Origin: a virus
Strand: one strand, 5' to 3'
Virus record (IMG/VR): IMGVR_UViG_3300028821_000038
Location: 32,001 to 96,000 of that record
Length of the DNA stretch: 64,000 nucleotides
Shown: piece after piece, positions 28,730 to 38,348 of the stretch
Layout of the letters: the number at the start of each line of letters is the position of its first letter
Numbering within the stretch: position 1 is the first letter of the stretch
Made by a program: the position numbers and the translations under genes
The notes under the pieces: generated by a model
Seen by the model: the letters and a program-made list of their open reading frames with translations, nothing else
What the model was told of the DNA's origin: nothing
Databases searched by the model: none

Positions 28730-29271
28730 TACATTTCTTTGTATTCGATATTGTAATTACTGGATGTTATCAGTTTTGCATACTTGATTTTGGAGACTTC
28801 TACCGCTGCCTCTTTAAAGAGTTGTTCTAAGTGGTCAGAATATCCGCTGGTTGTTATCCCCTTGCATATCTTTTGTAAGCCTCCGGCTTTTGTTATGGTT
28901 AGTTTTTCAGTTGAACTAAACATCGGAACCTTGTTTTTTGTCCATTTAGTAGGGTCAAGCCCTGGTTTTTTGTTGGACAGGATCCGATTTTCGTTCTCTT
29001 TGCATACTATCCTTATGTTATCCAGGAAGCTGTTAAATTTCTTGTTGATGTGCGAAGCATATAGCTTGGGAACACTATATTTTTCCGCAATTTTTTTTAT
29101 TTCCGGGAGGTTTGGATATTCATTGGCTGTAATAACCTCTATATAGAATTGCCTCAGTGAATCGCCTTTATCTGCGACTTTTGACACAATTTCCATCAGG
29201 GCATCAGATTCGTACTCGTTGAGCCCTGCCATTCTTTCTTTGATGGTAAAAAATAACTCACTATGAGTCAT
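28729..29271 (-). CDS. hypothetical protein (possible helicase loader)
   Basis: lies between the initiator and dnaB; coupled. Confidence 0.5.
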   Translation of the reverse strand: MTHSELFFTIKERMAGLNEYESDALMEIVSKVADKGDSLRQFYIEVITANEYPNLPEIKKIAEKYSVPKLYASHINKKFNSFLDNIRIVCKENENRILSNKKPGLDPTKWTKNKVPMFSSTEKLTITKAGGLQKICKGITTSGYSDHLEQLFKEAAVEVSKIKYAKLITSSNYNIEYKEM

Positions 29272-30247
29272 GTGCTTCTCCTAGGTCGATTTTGTTTACT
29301 TGATTATATCGCTCCTCCATCTTGTCATTCCATGTGATTCCATGAATATGAGTATATAGATTTTCCCTTAGCTCATCTATATGGAACAGCACATTTACTT
29401 TTGATTTTTTATTCATAAAGTGCGGGATTTTGATAGCGACATATTCAGCCCCTAAAAATTTGACCCACTCTTTTCTGGGGCGATGCTCAATGATTGTAGG
29501 GCTGGTGTTGTATTTTGTAAAGAGCGCCTTTTGTATTTCATTGGTTCTTTGGATAAGCCCTTTTGCATCAAGCTCTCCAGTCTTATGCTTCTTTGTGGAA
29601 GATAATCGTTTTTCATATGCTTGATCTATGAAGCTTTGTTTATATTTGGTATCCTTGACAATCCCATTGAAAAATGTAGACATATGCGCGGGATACTGCT
29701 CAAATAATATGCTGTCCATATATCTATTGAGCGCCGCCACAACCTTATCTCTTCCATATACTTTAACAGCCTTTTCGTAGGCCCTTAGTGCGCTTCTTTT
29801 GTTCCCTTTTGCATTACTCAAGGGAGGCTTGTAGTTTTCCCATAGCACCTCAAACTCGCTAGGATACTGAAAACGCTCCACCTTTTTTTCTTTCTGGGGC
29901 AGTGGAGCATCTTCGTATTCGTCCTCTTTGATTATGGGGTGGTTTGGGCACCCCGCGCCCGCCTCCCTGTTGAAGCTATCTATATCAATAGTATATTTGG
30001 ATTTTCTTGGAAAACCAATATATGTATGCTGTATAAAAGAGAGCTTCTTTAGAATAATCTTCTTTGAGTATTGGACTTCTCGCTCAGTCATACAGCATTT
30101 CATAGCAAGCTCCCTGTTGGTGGTGATAAGTATCCCACCAGTGGAATCAAATACTATTCGACACAACAACACTATATGGTTGTATGAGCCTAATAGCTTG
30201 CGCAGCCTAGGGTATACGAGAAAGGGGCTGGAGTGCTCAAGATCCAC
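29261..30247 (-). CDS. phage replication initiator-like protein
   Basis: N-terminal wHTH (TNRELAMKCCMTEREV); FEVLWENY..KGNKRSALRAYEK..YPAHMSTFFN DnaD-like C-domain. Confidence 0.65.
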   Translation of the reverse strand: MDLEHSSPFLVYPRLRKLLGSYNHIVLLCRIVFDSTGGILITTNRELAMKCCMTEREVQYSKKIILKKLSFIQHTYIGFPRKSKYTIDIDSFNREAGAGCPNHPIIKEDEYEDAPLPQKEKKVERFQYPSEFEVLWENYKPPLSNAKGNKRSALRAYEKAVKVYGRDKVVAALNRYMDSILFEQYPAHMSTFFNGIVKDTKYKQSFIDQAYEKRLSSTKKHKTGELDAKGLIQRTNEIQKALFTKYNTSPTIIEHRPRKEWVKFLGAEYVAIKIPHFMNKKSKVNVLFHIDELRENLYTHIHGITWNDKMEERYNQVNKIDLGEAHDS

Positions 30248-30440
30248 AAATACCTCCTATTCCTTTTTTAGTTTATGCACAGAGTACCTCCTTTTATACT
30301 TTTCCGGAGAGACCAAAATATCAGTGAACTGTATCGGAGTTCTGCTGAAAAGTTCTTTAGCCTCCCTGTGGAGTTTGTATCCGCCCTTGTTCTCCTGCCT
30401 CCATTTTCGCTCTATTTCGGCTAGCCGCTGAAGCCAAATA

Positions 30441-30641
30441 TCAACTGGAGGCGGTCTTGGGCGGGCGCCCTCTGCGCTTTGGCTTCTCCTCCGCTTCTTC
30501 TTTGGGCTGTGTGTTGCGCGAAACCCTCCTTTTCTTCTCTTCCTGGATTTCGACTTCTGTGATTGTACCACCATTGGGGAGCAGTGCTTTTGCGAGATCC
30601 TTTTCAGAGATCTCGAAAGTTATCCTAAGCTTCATGATCAA
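30441..30641 (-). CDS. small protein with AT-hook (KRRGRPPK)
   Basis: 66 aa with a C-terminal PKRRGRPPK. Confidence 0.6.
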   Translation of the reverse strand: MIMKLRITFEISEKDLAKALLPNGGTITEVEIQEEKKRRVSRNTQPKEEAEEKPKRRGRPPKTASS

Positions 30642-31548
30642 CCTCCGTATCTATGACTATTTCCTCCAGGCACTTATGCAAGAGTGCAAGTTTGCACATA
30701 GTTTTCCCCTTATGCTTTGTGCTCTGCTGTGCTTTCGAGCATTCTAATTCTTTTTCTGTCAGGATTCCATCATCAAATAGAACCCAACCATTGGCTACTT
30801 GTACCGTTGTTGAGCCCCTATCTTTGAGCGTATTTATAACTTCATCTACAATATTTGCAGATGACATAATTGTCTCGATGCTGCTATTGTCCTCTTTTTC
30901 TTCGATGCGAGAGAGGTCAGTATTTTCATTGTCTATACTAATTGCCTCATCTATTTCATGGGATATATCGAGAGATTTGAAGGTATTTTTGATAGCAACC
31001 TTTTTTGCCATCTCATAATACCAGGTCCTCCAAGGGCCATTATTTTTGCTCTTTGAGGCATTTTTTGCATTCTCGATATGTTGCTTTGTGATGAAATTCT
31101 GAACGATTTCATCGTTCGAGAGCTTCACCAAAACAAGAACCCCTTTAAACTCCCCACTTTGGTCGAAGGGGTTTATTTTATAGTGCAATCCATTTTCATC
31201 AACACTTACCTCGTCTCCTTCGAACACAAGATAGGCGTCAATTTTCTTGACCTTCCCGCTTTTGTACGCCAATTTACATAGAAAATTGTGGGAAAACTCC
31301 ACATTCAACTGCTTTCCATATGGGATGAAGTATACATCCTTATAGAAGTTTAGCGCCTTATCAGGAATCATGGCCTTGATGATTGCGTCAGAGATAACCT
31401 CTGGAGACATGGCCATGATTTTTTGATCGCCCGCAACTATATTCCTTATTTTTGCGGAAAGCTCTTTCATGACAGTGGGGGTATCTCCGGTTACCTTGGA
31501 GATATTTACCACAACCTCGTTGACCTTAGATTCAGCTATTTGATTCAT
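30625..31548 (-). CDS. recT: RecT-family single-strand annealing protein
   Basis: YFIPYG, VFEGDE, SKSKNNGPWRTWYYEMAKKVAIK. Confidence 0.85.
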   Translation of the reverse strand: MNQIAESKVNEVVVNISKVTGDTPTVMKELSAKIRNIVAGDQKIMAMSPEVISDAIIKAMIPDKALNFYKDVYFIPYGKQLNVEFSHNFLCKLAYKSGKVKKIDAYLVFEGDEVSVDENGLHYKINPFDQSGEFKGVLVLVKLSNDEIVQNFITKQHIENAKNASKSKNNGPWRTWYYEMAKKVAIKNTFKSLDISHEIDEAISIDNENTDLSRIEEKEDNSSIETIMSSANIVDEVINTLKDRGSTTVQVANGWVLFDDGILTEKELECSKAQQSTKHKGKTMCKLALLHKCLEEIVIDTEVDHEA

Positions 31549-31560
31549 CTCTGCTCCTTT

Positions 31561-31701
31561 TTAGTATTCAAAGTCGTAATAATCCAAAAATGACTTCTCC
31601 GCTTCTGTTAGGTCATCTTTGTGTTTATCGTAAAACTCTCGCACAAGCTCAGGATCCCAATACTCTATATTGTCATACCTATCACACCCCCTCAAATCCA
31701 T
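31561..31701 (-). CDS. small acidic protein, 46 aa (not in ORF track)
   Basis: MDLRGCDRYDNIEYWDPELVREFYDKHKDDLTEAEKSFLDYYDFEY*; fills the gap between the recE-like gene and recT. Confidence 0.5.
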   Translation of the reverse strand: MDLRGCDRYDNIEYWDPELVREFYDKHKDDLTEAEKSFLDYYDFEY

Positions 31702-32632
31702 TCATTTCTTCAAGTTGATAACGGTACCATGAAGGCAATTCCCCTACAACAAACAGAGGCTCCTTGCCAGTCTCTTTGTCTATTCCATTTGGACCAGGCC
31801 ACACATCATTATAGAGATAGTAGGCATACTCATCGAGAAGTTTTTCCAATGCTTGCTTCTCCAGATTTATATCTTCTCCTTTCATGATTATGACTGAGTG
31901 GTCATATGGAGGCTCTTTTTCTACTGCAATAAACCCAAACTTTGTTGACGGCACACCCGCAAGCTCTGCTGTCTTGAGATACACCGCTGCCTGGATACCG
32001 TAACCCAGTTTTGCAGCTCTACTCATGAAGTCTCTAACATTGCAGTTTGTGGTAGATTTTAAATCAAACATAATCTCGTTTAGATTTACATCTACCTTTA
32101 TTTTGATGATGATTCCCCTTTCCTTATCTACAGTAAATAGAGCTTGCTCTCTTGATGCTATTGGATTCTGGATGATTCCATCATAAGTATTGATGTTTTG
32201 TCCAAATTTCTCCTTTTTTAGAGACTCCTCAATGCCATCAAGTATACCCTTTGCGCTTGAACGAAGTATTGTCTTCTCTCCATCTGGATCGTTCTCACTC
32301 ACAAATATTTTCCAATGCCGGTCTCCTTTGCGAGTCGATTTTTCTGTCATAAACAGATACTCATCATAAAATTTATCTTTCTCCAAGATATATTTATGAA
32401 TGGCACTGCCAAGAATCAATGCTTCGCTCTTATTCTTTGCTCCATTCATTTTTTCTTCAATATACTTGCTTGGGGTTGCAAGTCTGATTGTTTTCAGGCC
32501 GCTGGCGCTAATTCCTGGCGCTTCGTTGTGGTAGAAGTCGTCAGATACATCACACCACTGGTTCATTACAATACCATTGTCTTCCAGGAATTTTATATCC
32601 TCATGTAGTTTTTCTTTTGTATATTTTGCCAT
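31682..32632 (-). CDS. RecE-like PD-(D/E)xK exonuclease (DUF3799-type)
   Basis: YHNE..ISASGLK, LGSAIHKYILE, KIKVD..FDLKST, YGIQAAVY, FIAVEKEPPY. Confidence 0.85.
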   Translation of the reverse strand: MAKYTKEKLHEDIKFLEDNGIVMNQWCDVSDDFYHNEAPGISASGLKTIRLATPSKYIEEKMNGAKNKSEALILGSAIHKYILEKDKFYDEYLFMTEKSTRKGDRHWKIFVSENDPDGEKTILRSSAKGILDGIEESLKKEKFGQNINTYDGIIQNPIASREQALFTVDKERGIIIKIKVDVNLNEIMFDLKSTTNCNVRDFMSRAAKLGYGIQAAVYLKTAELAGVPSTKFGFIAVEKEPPYDHSVIIMKGEDINLEKQALEKLLDEYAYYLYNDVWPGPNGIDKETGKEPLFVVGELPSWYRYQLEEMNGFEGV

Positions 32633-32641
32633 TGTATCTCC

Positions 32642-32920
32642 TTATTTGTCTATGTCTATCTTTGTCATGATATCTTCTAGGTGCTCAAAGCTTCTGATGC
32701 GGCATAGCTTCTTGCCCCTATAATTGTAGAGCCAGATCTCTTTTTTTTCCACAACAATATATGGCGACTTTATTCCTTGTCCTATTGTTGCAGTGTTTGG
32801 GGATTTCCAGCCACTGCTTGTGGCCTCCTCATCTATCCTGATGATGTCGTATGGCCCAACCTTTCGCTTTCTCCTAAGGAGCCTTTTCAGTAGCTCCCTA
32901 TCTTCTTTTTTGGTTGGCAT
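32642..32920 (-). CDS. hypothetical protein
   Basis: coupled ORF in the leftward operon. Confidence 0.6.
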   Translation of the reverse strand: MPTKKEDRELLKRLLRRKRKVGPYDIIRIDEEATSSGWKSPNTATIGQGIKSPYIVVEKKEIWLYNYRGKKLCRIRSFEHLEDIMTKIDIDK

Positions 32921-33309
32921 TATTCATCTTTTTTGGGAATGTTCAGTTCATGCTTGATGATGTCCATCACCTCAAGAACTCTATCCCTGATTGCATCCAA
33001 CACATGCTCATACCCATCTACCTTTTTTCTAAAGGGTGCTCCATAAACACGCTTGTGCTGTATCAGGGCATGTCTTTCGTATATATCCGCTATGCCGTTT
33101 GCAAGCGTGACTACGATAACCATATACTCAATACCGTTTACAGTTATCATCTTTTCAAAAGACATATCTTTTTTGATAGAGAACCCAGCTCCAACTAGAT
33201 CGCTAGCTACTTTCTCGTATGAGTCAGGTTGGCTCTTCTTGGACACATACTCCTGTAGTAACACCTCCAGATAATGGAGATCTTTTAATAATATTTCTTT
33301 CGTTGTCAT
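32920..33309 (-). CDS. hypothetical protein
   Basis: GGAG RBS; coupled ORF. Confidence 0.6.
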   Translation of the reverse strand: MTTKEILLKDLHYLEVLLQEYVSKKSQPDSYEKVASDLVGAGFSIKKDMSFEKMITVNGIEYMVIVVTLANGIADIYERHALIQHKRVYGAPFRKKVDGYEHVLDAIRDRVLEVMDIIKHELNIPKKDE

Positions 33310-33312
33310 TTG

Positions 33313-33825
33313 TTATTTCTCCATTATTTCATGTATAAAAGTGTGGTCAAATATTTTTAGATAATTTGACATATTTTCCTCGTGGGACACCACACTCACC
33401 TCTACTCCCATGCGCGCTGCAAATTTTAGTGCGCTTACCATATCCCCATCTCCACTCAATAGGACAATATGATCAGAATTGCCAACTTCTCTAATAATCT
33501 CTTCGACAATCATTGCATCCATATCGCCCTGTTCGTACTTATGGGTATATTTAACGCCATTGTACTCGCCCTCTACCTCTTTCTTTTTGGCTTCCCTTTT
33601 TTTAACAAGAATATTATTCCTCTCCAGGAAGCCTATGAAGGATTGGAGGTTAATGTTGTTATTAACCTTCAATAGGGCTACTTCTTTGACATACAGGGAT
33701 GGGTATTTTTCTTTAATAAAGTTCGATATCTTGATAATATCTACATTTTTTACCCTATACCCATCCCCTCCTTTGGGGACTTTTATATTTTCTACATCAT
33801 ATATGATGACCATCCTACATGCCAT
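33313..33825 (-). CDS. NYN-domain (PIN-fold, LabA/DUF88) nuclease
   Basis: IIYDVENI, EQGDMDAMI, IVLLSGDGDMVSAL..GVEVSVV. Confidence 0.85.
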   Translation of the reverse strand: MACRMVIIYDVENIKVPKGGDGYRVKNVDIIKISNFIKEKYPSLYVKEVALLKVNNNINLQSFIGFLERNNILVKKREAKKKEVEGEYNGVKYTHKYEQGDMDAMIVEEIIREVGNSDHIVLLSGDGDMVSALKFAARMGVEVSVVSHEENMSNYLKIFDHTFIHEIMEK

Positions 33826-33863
33826 TGCACCTCCTATGTGTTTTTATAGAGAGACATAATCTC

Positions 33864-33878
33864 CCATATATATATACC
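33864..33878 (-). promoter_or_regulatory. conserved 15-mer GGTATATATATATGG (putative phage-RNAP promoter), copy 1
   Basis: exact copy heading the leftward DNA-metabolism operon. Confidence 0.7.
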
Positions 33879-33938
33879 ATTTTAAGCTGTAGAATTGCTG
33901 TTTTATGCGATAATTCAATAAAAACGGACGGAGTACAC

Positions 33939-36611
33939 ATGGATACTTATCGAACCTTATGGAGGTTTTTTAGAGAGAATAGGGAGTATTTCTCCAAGAT
34001 GGGAGATGCATACAAGGTACGAATAGACTTTGAAAATGAGCTATTTTTCATAAAAAACAGGTGGTTTGCCGACCCGTTTTACCTACTTTTGAAGCTTTTT
34101 CGTGATAAATTTGCCGAATTGGGGCCTAGCGCAGACGGGGAATTTAATAGAATCAACAAAATCCTTCATTCTGCGGGCATCAAGATTCCTATTTCCAAGA
34201 AAGACTATGATTTTCTTATAGATTATGATGTGAAAAACCAAACTATTCTGGATATATTAGAAGGACAGCTGGGTGCTAAAAATGGAGCATTTGTGGTTCC
34301 GTCAAAAGAGTATGCGAACAATATGTTCAGGAACGCATCTGTTGATTTAGAGAGAATGACTGGTGGTCTTTTTGTATATGAAGGTCGAGAGGCGAGAGCA
34401 TATGTGGACATATATGACAGGCTGACTGGATTTGAGGTGATTCTGGACAATTCTACTATTTTTGTGCCTGTGAAAATATCAGAGATATCAAGATCTGCCT
34501 TCAATGAGCACAATCTCAGGAACATAAAACCCAACTCGGTTGTGAAAATCTTAGAGATAACTGATACATCCCCCATAGAGGATGGAGTTGTATTTGCGCC
34601 ATCTGACTCATTCGGGTGCCTCCCCAATGTTGCTAAATATTTCTCTGCCTTCGAAATATACAGTAACGACGATTTCTTTATAATGAATATTGTCAAAGAG
34701 CTTTATGGTTATAACAGCGATTTTTCAATTCTAGTGAATGATGAGAGTGCTATAAAATATATCTCAAATATGGCGGTTGGTTTGTATACCAAAGAAAAAT
34801 CATCGGCTATTCCACAGCTTGTGGATATAGCCAGAATGGTTGCCAAAATGAATCACATAAACAGGGCAATGTTTATCGACTATATCACTACAGATATACC
34901 CGAAGATGTGATGGAGCTGCTAAAACCACACATAAATGGTGGAAATGACAATGTATATGAGCGACTATATGAGTTTGTGGTAAATGGAAATATAGAGTTT
35001 TGCGCCAGATTAGTGAGTATCACAGGCGATTCCAGTCAGATTAGGTTCTACAATAAGAGAATGATGTATTTCAAGGATTTTACACTCGACAGAGGAAGTG
35101 TATCTAACGAACTAATCCCAGAACTGGGAGGTATTAGGAAAATTGCCGAGCAGTGTGATATTTCCCAAAGTGACATTCCAAGCGGCTTCTCTTCTGTTGA
35201 GTCTTTTATAATTCACACTACACTCAGGATTGTGCAGGGAGAGTTTGGCAGATTGCCAGTATTTGACAGGTTTTATGGAGACGGGATACATAAAATAGGA
35301 GAGAAGATAATCTTTAACTCCAAGCATGATGTATATGGTCTTGGCGGCAGAAGGTCTTATGGCGGAGGGCTGTTTAAAAATGCTGATATAGACACTTCTA
35401 TCCCAAAAAACAAGCCGACAAAGGCGCATGCTGAGGGCTATATCTTAAAATTGAAAGAGTATATATCCGGTTTTATACCGTCTTCTGGGGACAGAGATTT
35501 GTTGTTTTCTATATTATTAGCATCATCTATTGCAATGCCTGTATTCAAAAAAGCCAACAAGCCCACCCTGTGTGTATATGGTGGTGGCAGATATGCGGAG
35601 GAGGGGTTCAAAAAGCGCGTATTTGTGGATGCTTTTAGGGCCAGCAAGGTTGTTTCAACAGATAATGAGCTTGTTATTAGGAATTTGGTTGACGGAGGAA
35701 CAGTGCCTATTGTTGTGCCGCTTAGGAGGGAAATAGAATCTTCTGTTATATCTCTAGCAAAAGAGAGGTATGGAACAGAAACAATAGTAAGAGCACGAGG
35801 TTTCCTGATGTTTTCAAAATACTCCAACACATCCCCATTTGTTATGATTTCCGATGAGCCTGTCATAATCGAGGAATCTATTGTGTTTAATTTCCCATTT
35901 AAGACAACTGTTGAGGCAGGGGTGTATCTTAAAAATGTCGATGACCTATCAGGAGGTATCATTGGAGGCATCATTAGAAATACTTCTCATATTTCAAAGC
36001 TTGAACAGAACTTCATTAAAAAAGCCCTGAGCAAACTGGAAAACAAAAAGCAAACCCACAAAAGTCCATATGTCGATTTTTTTGAGAAGGTTTTGGCAGG
36101 AATGTGTATAGCTGAGGCATTTGGGGTAATGTCTGGATGGGAGTTTCATGATGCCATGCATGATGTTTACTTCAATGATAAATATATCAGGCTGAATATC
36201 GATATAAAGAAGATAATTCTGGATTTGTATGACAATGGTGTAAAAGTTGAGGATAAATTATATGAGGAGTCTATGCGGGGAGATATCGATGGGCATATTA
36301 CATTGGTGGATAAGTTCATAAATATTATAAATCTCAAAAAAAATGTTCCGCCGGAAAACTTCTTGGTGATATTTAGCAGGAGGGAGATGTATAAGGCCAT
36401 TAAAGATGATCTCAACCTTTCCTTCCTTGAGTTTAACAAGATGTTAGATAATAGCAAGTCATCGATAAATTGGGATAATGCAATCAAAAACTATAGAAAA
36501 ATAGATGACCCATCCATCACCCCATTGGCGGAATTTAAGAAGAAGTGGGATAAAACAAAAGAGGATTTTGGCGCAATAAGGCTTCCTATGGGAAAATATG
36601 GAAATATTTAA
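33939..36611 (+). CDS. large protein, possibly a degenerate primase-helicase
   Basis: GGAG RBS; VDIYDRLTGF and KPTLCVYGGGRYAEEG loosely recall DnaG-like and P-loop segments but lack catalytic residues. Confidence 0.4.
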   Translation: MDTYRTLWRFFRENREYFSKMGDAYKVRIDFENELFFIKNRWFADPFYLLLKLFRDKFAELGPSADGEFNRINKILHSAGIKIPISKKDYDFLIDYDVKNQTILDILEGQLGAKNGAFVVPSKEYANNMFRNASVDLERMTGGLFVYEGREARAYVDIYDRLTGFEVILDNSTIFVPVKISEISRSAFNEHNLRNIKPNSVVKILEITDTSPIEDGVVFAPSDSFGCLPNVAKYFSAFEIYSNDDFFIMNIVKELYGYNSDFSILVNDESAIKYISNMAVGLYTKEKSSAIPQLVDIARMVAKMNHINRAMFIDYITTDIPEDVMELLKPHINGGNDNVYERLYEFVVNGNIEFCARLVSITGDSSQIRFYNKRMMYFKDFTLDRGSVSNELIPELGGIRKIAEQCDISQSDIPSGFSSVESFIIHTTLRIVQGEFGRLPVFDRFYGDGIHKIGEKIIFNSKHDVYGLGGRRSYGGGLFKNADIDTSIPKNKPTKAHAEGYILKLKEYISGFIPSSGDRDLLFSILLASSIAMPVFKKANKPTLCVYGGGRYAEEGFKKRVFVDAFRASKVVSTDNELVIRNLVDGGTVPIVVPLRREIESSVISLAKERYGTETIVRARGFLMFSKYSNTSPFVMISDEPVIIEESIVFNFPFKTTVEAGVYLKNVDDLSGGIIGGIIRNTSHISKLEQNFIKKALSKLENKKQTHKSPYVDFFEKVLAGMCIAEAFGVMSGWEFHDAMHDVYFNDKYIRLNIDIKKIILDLYDNGVKVEDKLYEESMRGDIDGHITLVDKFINIINLKKNVPPENFLVIFSRREMYKAIKDDLNLSFLEFNKMLDNSKSSINWDNAIKNYRKIDDPSITPLAEFKKKWDKTKEDFGAIRLPMGKYGNI

Positions 36612-36659
36612 GGTTTCGTCTGGTAAGATGTCAGTTCAACCAAACAGAAAGGAGGTATC

Positions 36660-36968
36660 ATGCTAGATACCAACAAGTCTGATTTCAGCGATATGTCTCT
36701 TGGTGAGCTTATAGAGGAAATTCTAGACAGCTTCCATGAGGTTGAGCGGGAATGGGACATAACCAAACACAAGGTAAATAAATCTGCATGGCTTAGGATT
36801 AGAAAACATATGGCGGCCATATGTAAAGCTAATAAGGCCATGAAGAAGCAAATGCTGTTCTTGGAAAAGATACTTAAACAAAACAAAAAAAGAGAGGAAA
36901 AGGATGAAGCTTTCATTTTTGATGCCAGAATTGGCGATAGTGGCGGCAGTAGCGTCAAAAGTAAATAA
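36660..36968 (+). CDS. histone H1-like (Hc1-type) basic helical protein
   Basis: KVNKSAWLRIRKHMAAICK resembles the NKAAGxRARK motif; GGAGG RBS. Confidence 0.5.
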   Translation: MLDTNKSDFSDMSLGELIEEILDSFHEVEREWDITKHKVNKSAWLRIRKHMAAICKANKAMKKQMLFLEKILKQNKKREEKDEAFIFDARIGDSGGSSVKSK

Positions 36969-37620
36969 CAGAGAGGAGTTTTCAAAGAAGATTGACGAAA
37001 CAATCAACCATCAAAACTTCCAGGAAATGGCTGACAGGATTGCATCAGACACTCTTTTTGGTAAATATAGGCTGGTTGTTTCTGATAAAACAGAGGAGGC
37101 TCACGAGTTTGCTACAACTCTGCTGATTTTGTCGGCTACCAGCTCTATACCGCTCATGGTTCCGGAGGTAGTGATTACAAGAGACGAAGTGGTTTTCACA
37201 GCTTCTATTGGTCATGCTTATGAGATAATCACCGAGGTTCCTGAAGACAAATATAGCTTTGATGGAAAAGGGCAGCTTGAGAGGGAAAAACTGAAAAGCA
37301 TGATGGATTCGTTTAGCTTTGATGAACCTCAAATTACTGCGATAGATGTTTCCAGCAACAATCCCGACATATTCCTTCTCACGGGAAGTTTTCTCCCTGA
37401 TACCTGGAGAATTTTTGAGAGACTGGGTATTTGCAGCACAGCGTCAAGGTTTGGATTTAGCGACCACGACACTTTGGTTCCCGGATTCTGTTATATATTT
37501 GATGGCGGCCTCAATATGTTGGCATCCATTGAAGATGAGGAGAGTGTCCTGACTCAAAAAATCATAGAAGATCTTGGCCGACTACCAAAGCGTCAGGAAT
37601 CTGATGATGCGTCGAGTTGA
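36904..37620 (+). CDS. hypothetical protein
   Basis: 238 aa ORF. Confidence 0.65.
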   Translation: MKLSFLMPELAIVAAVASKVNNREEFSKKIDETINHQNFQEMADRIASDTLFGKYRLVVSDKTEEAHEFATTLLILSATSSIPLMVPEVVITRDEVVFTASIGHAYEIITEVPEDKYSFDGKGQLEREKLKSMMDSFSFDEPQITAIDVSSNNPDIFLLTGSFLPDTWRIFERLGICSTASRFGFSDHDTLVPGFCYIFDGGLNMLASIEDEESVLTQKIIEDLGRLPKRQESDDASS

Positions 37621-38035
37621 TACTTTTTTTGTTGTAAAGACAGACTTAGGCTACGATGGTCAAATTAGACAGGGAAAGGAGGTGGGCCTCCTTTACCCTG
37701 CCCCTCATGTGCTTGTAACCAAAATAGATTTCTCAGACCCAGAAAGTATATATATTCCCAAAAGAATGAGGCCTATCGCGGCAAGATGCGGGCTGATTAG
37801 AGATTCCAGGATTAACAATAATGGGGTTGGTATAGCTATTCATGCACCAAATGGTGATATCGCAGAGCATGCTTTACTTGTGGCGGCTGCAGAGATAAAA
37901 AACATCATAGAGGATCTTGGCATAGTAAATTATGCTGTCCAGACAGATGAAAATAATGAAGACAGGCGTATTGACACCATGCAGCTCGAAGCAAAAATAG
38001 CCTCAATAAAAAGTATATTTATAAAGCTTAAATAG
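37604..38035 (+). CDS. hypothetical protein
   Basis: AGGA RBS before ATG 37604. Confidence 0.6.
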   Translation: MMRRVDTFFVVKTDLGYDGQIRQGKEVGLLYPAPHVLVTKIDFSDPESIYIPKRMRPIAARCGLIRDSRINNNGVGIAIHAPNGDIAEHALLVAAAEIKNIIEDLGIVNYAVQTDENNEDRRIDTMQLEAKIASIKSIFIKLK

Positions 38036-38070
38036 TTTCGCTAAAATATACAAAAATTACAAAAGGAATT

Positions 38071-38295
38071 ATGATGCTTGTACTGATAAAGGATTCTAGT
38101 GGGGTAGAGAGAGCAATAGACCTCGGAAAACAAGGCTGGACTGTCAATCAGCAAGGGGACGGTAGGTTTATGCGGATAGTGTTCGATGATGGTTTTTCCG
38201 CTTCCATACCAATGTCGCAGTATGATAAAATAAAAAAAGAATTAGTGGAAAAAGGGGAGCTTCTCGATCTTACTCAAGTGGCGACTCCTAGATAA
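38071..38295 (+). CDS. hypothetical protein
   Basis: AAGGA RBS; preceded by a GCTAAAAT -10-like element. Confidence 0.65.
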   Translation: MMLVLIKDSSGVERAIDLGKQGWTVNQQGDGRFMRIVFDDGFSASIPMSQYDKIKKELVEKGELLDLTQVATPR

Positions 38296-38348
38296 AGGAT
38301 GGCACCAGTAGATGGTGCCGCCCCTAAAATTACCAACCAGGAAGTAAT

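Noticed and set aside
30257-30574. 105-aa ORF overlapping the AT-hook gene
   Set aside because: The N-terminal half is an alternative frame of 30441-30641; the 3' part may be coding but has no clear start, so it was not called
37561-37921. Near-identical 18-mer ATCATAGA(A/G)GATCTTGGC in two adjacent genes
   Set aside because: Both encode IIEDLG; two copies could be chance or an old duplication, with no other support
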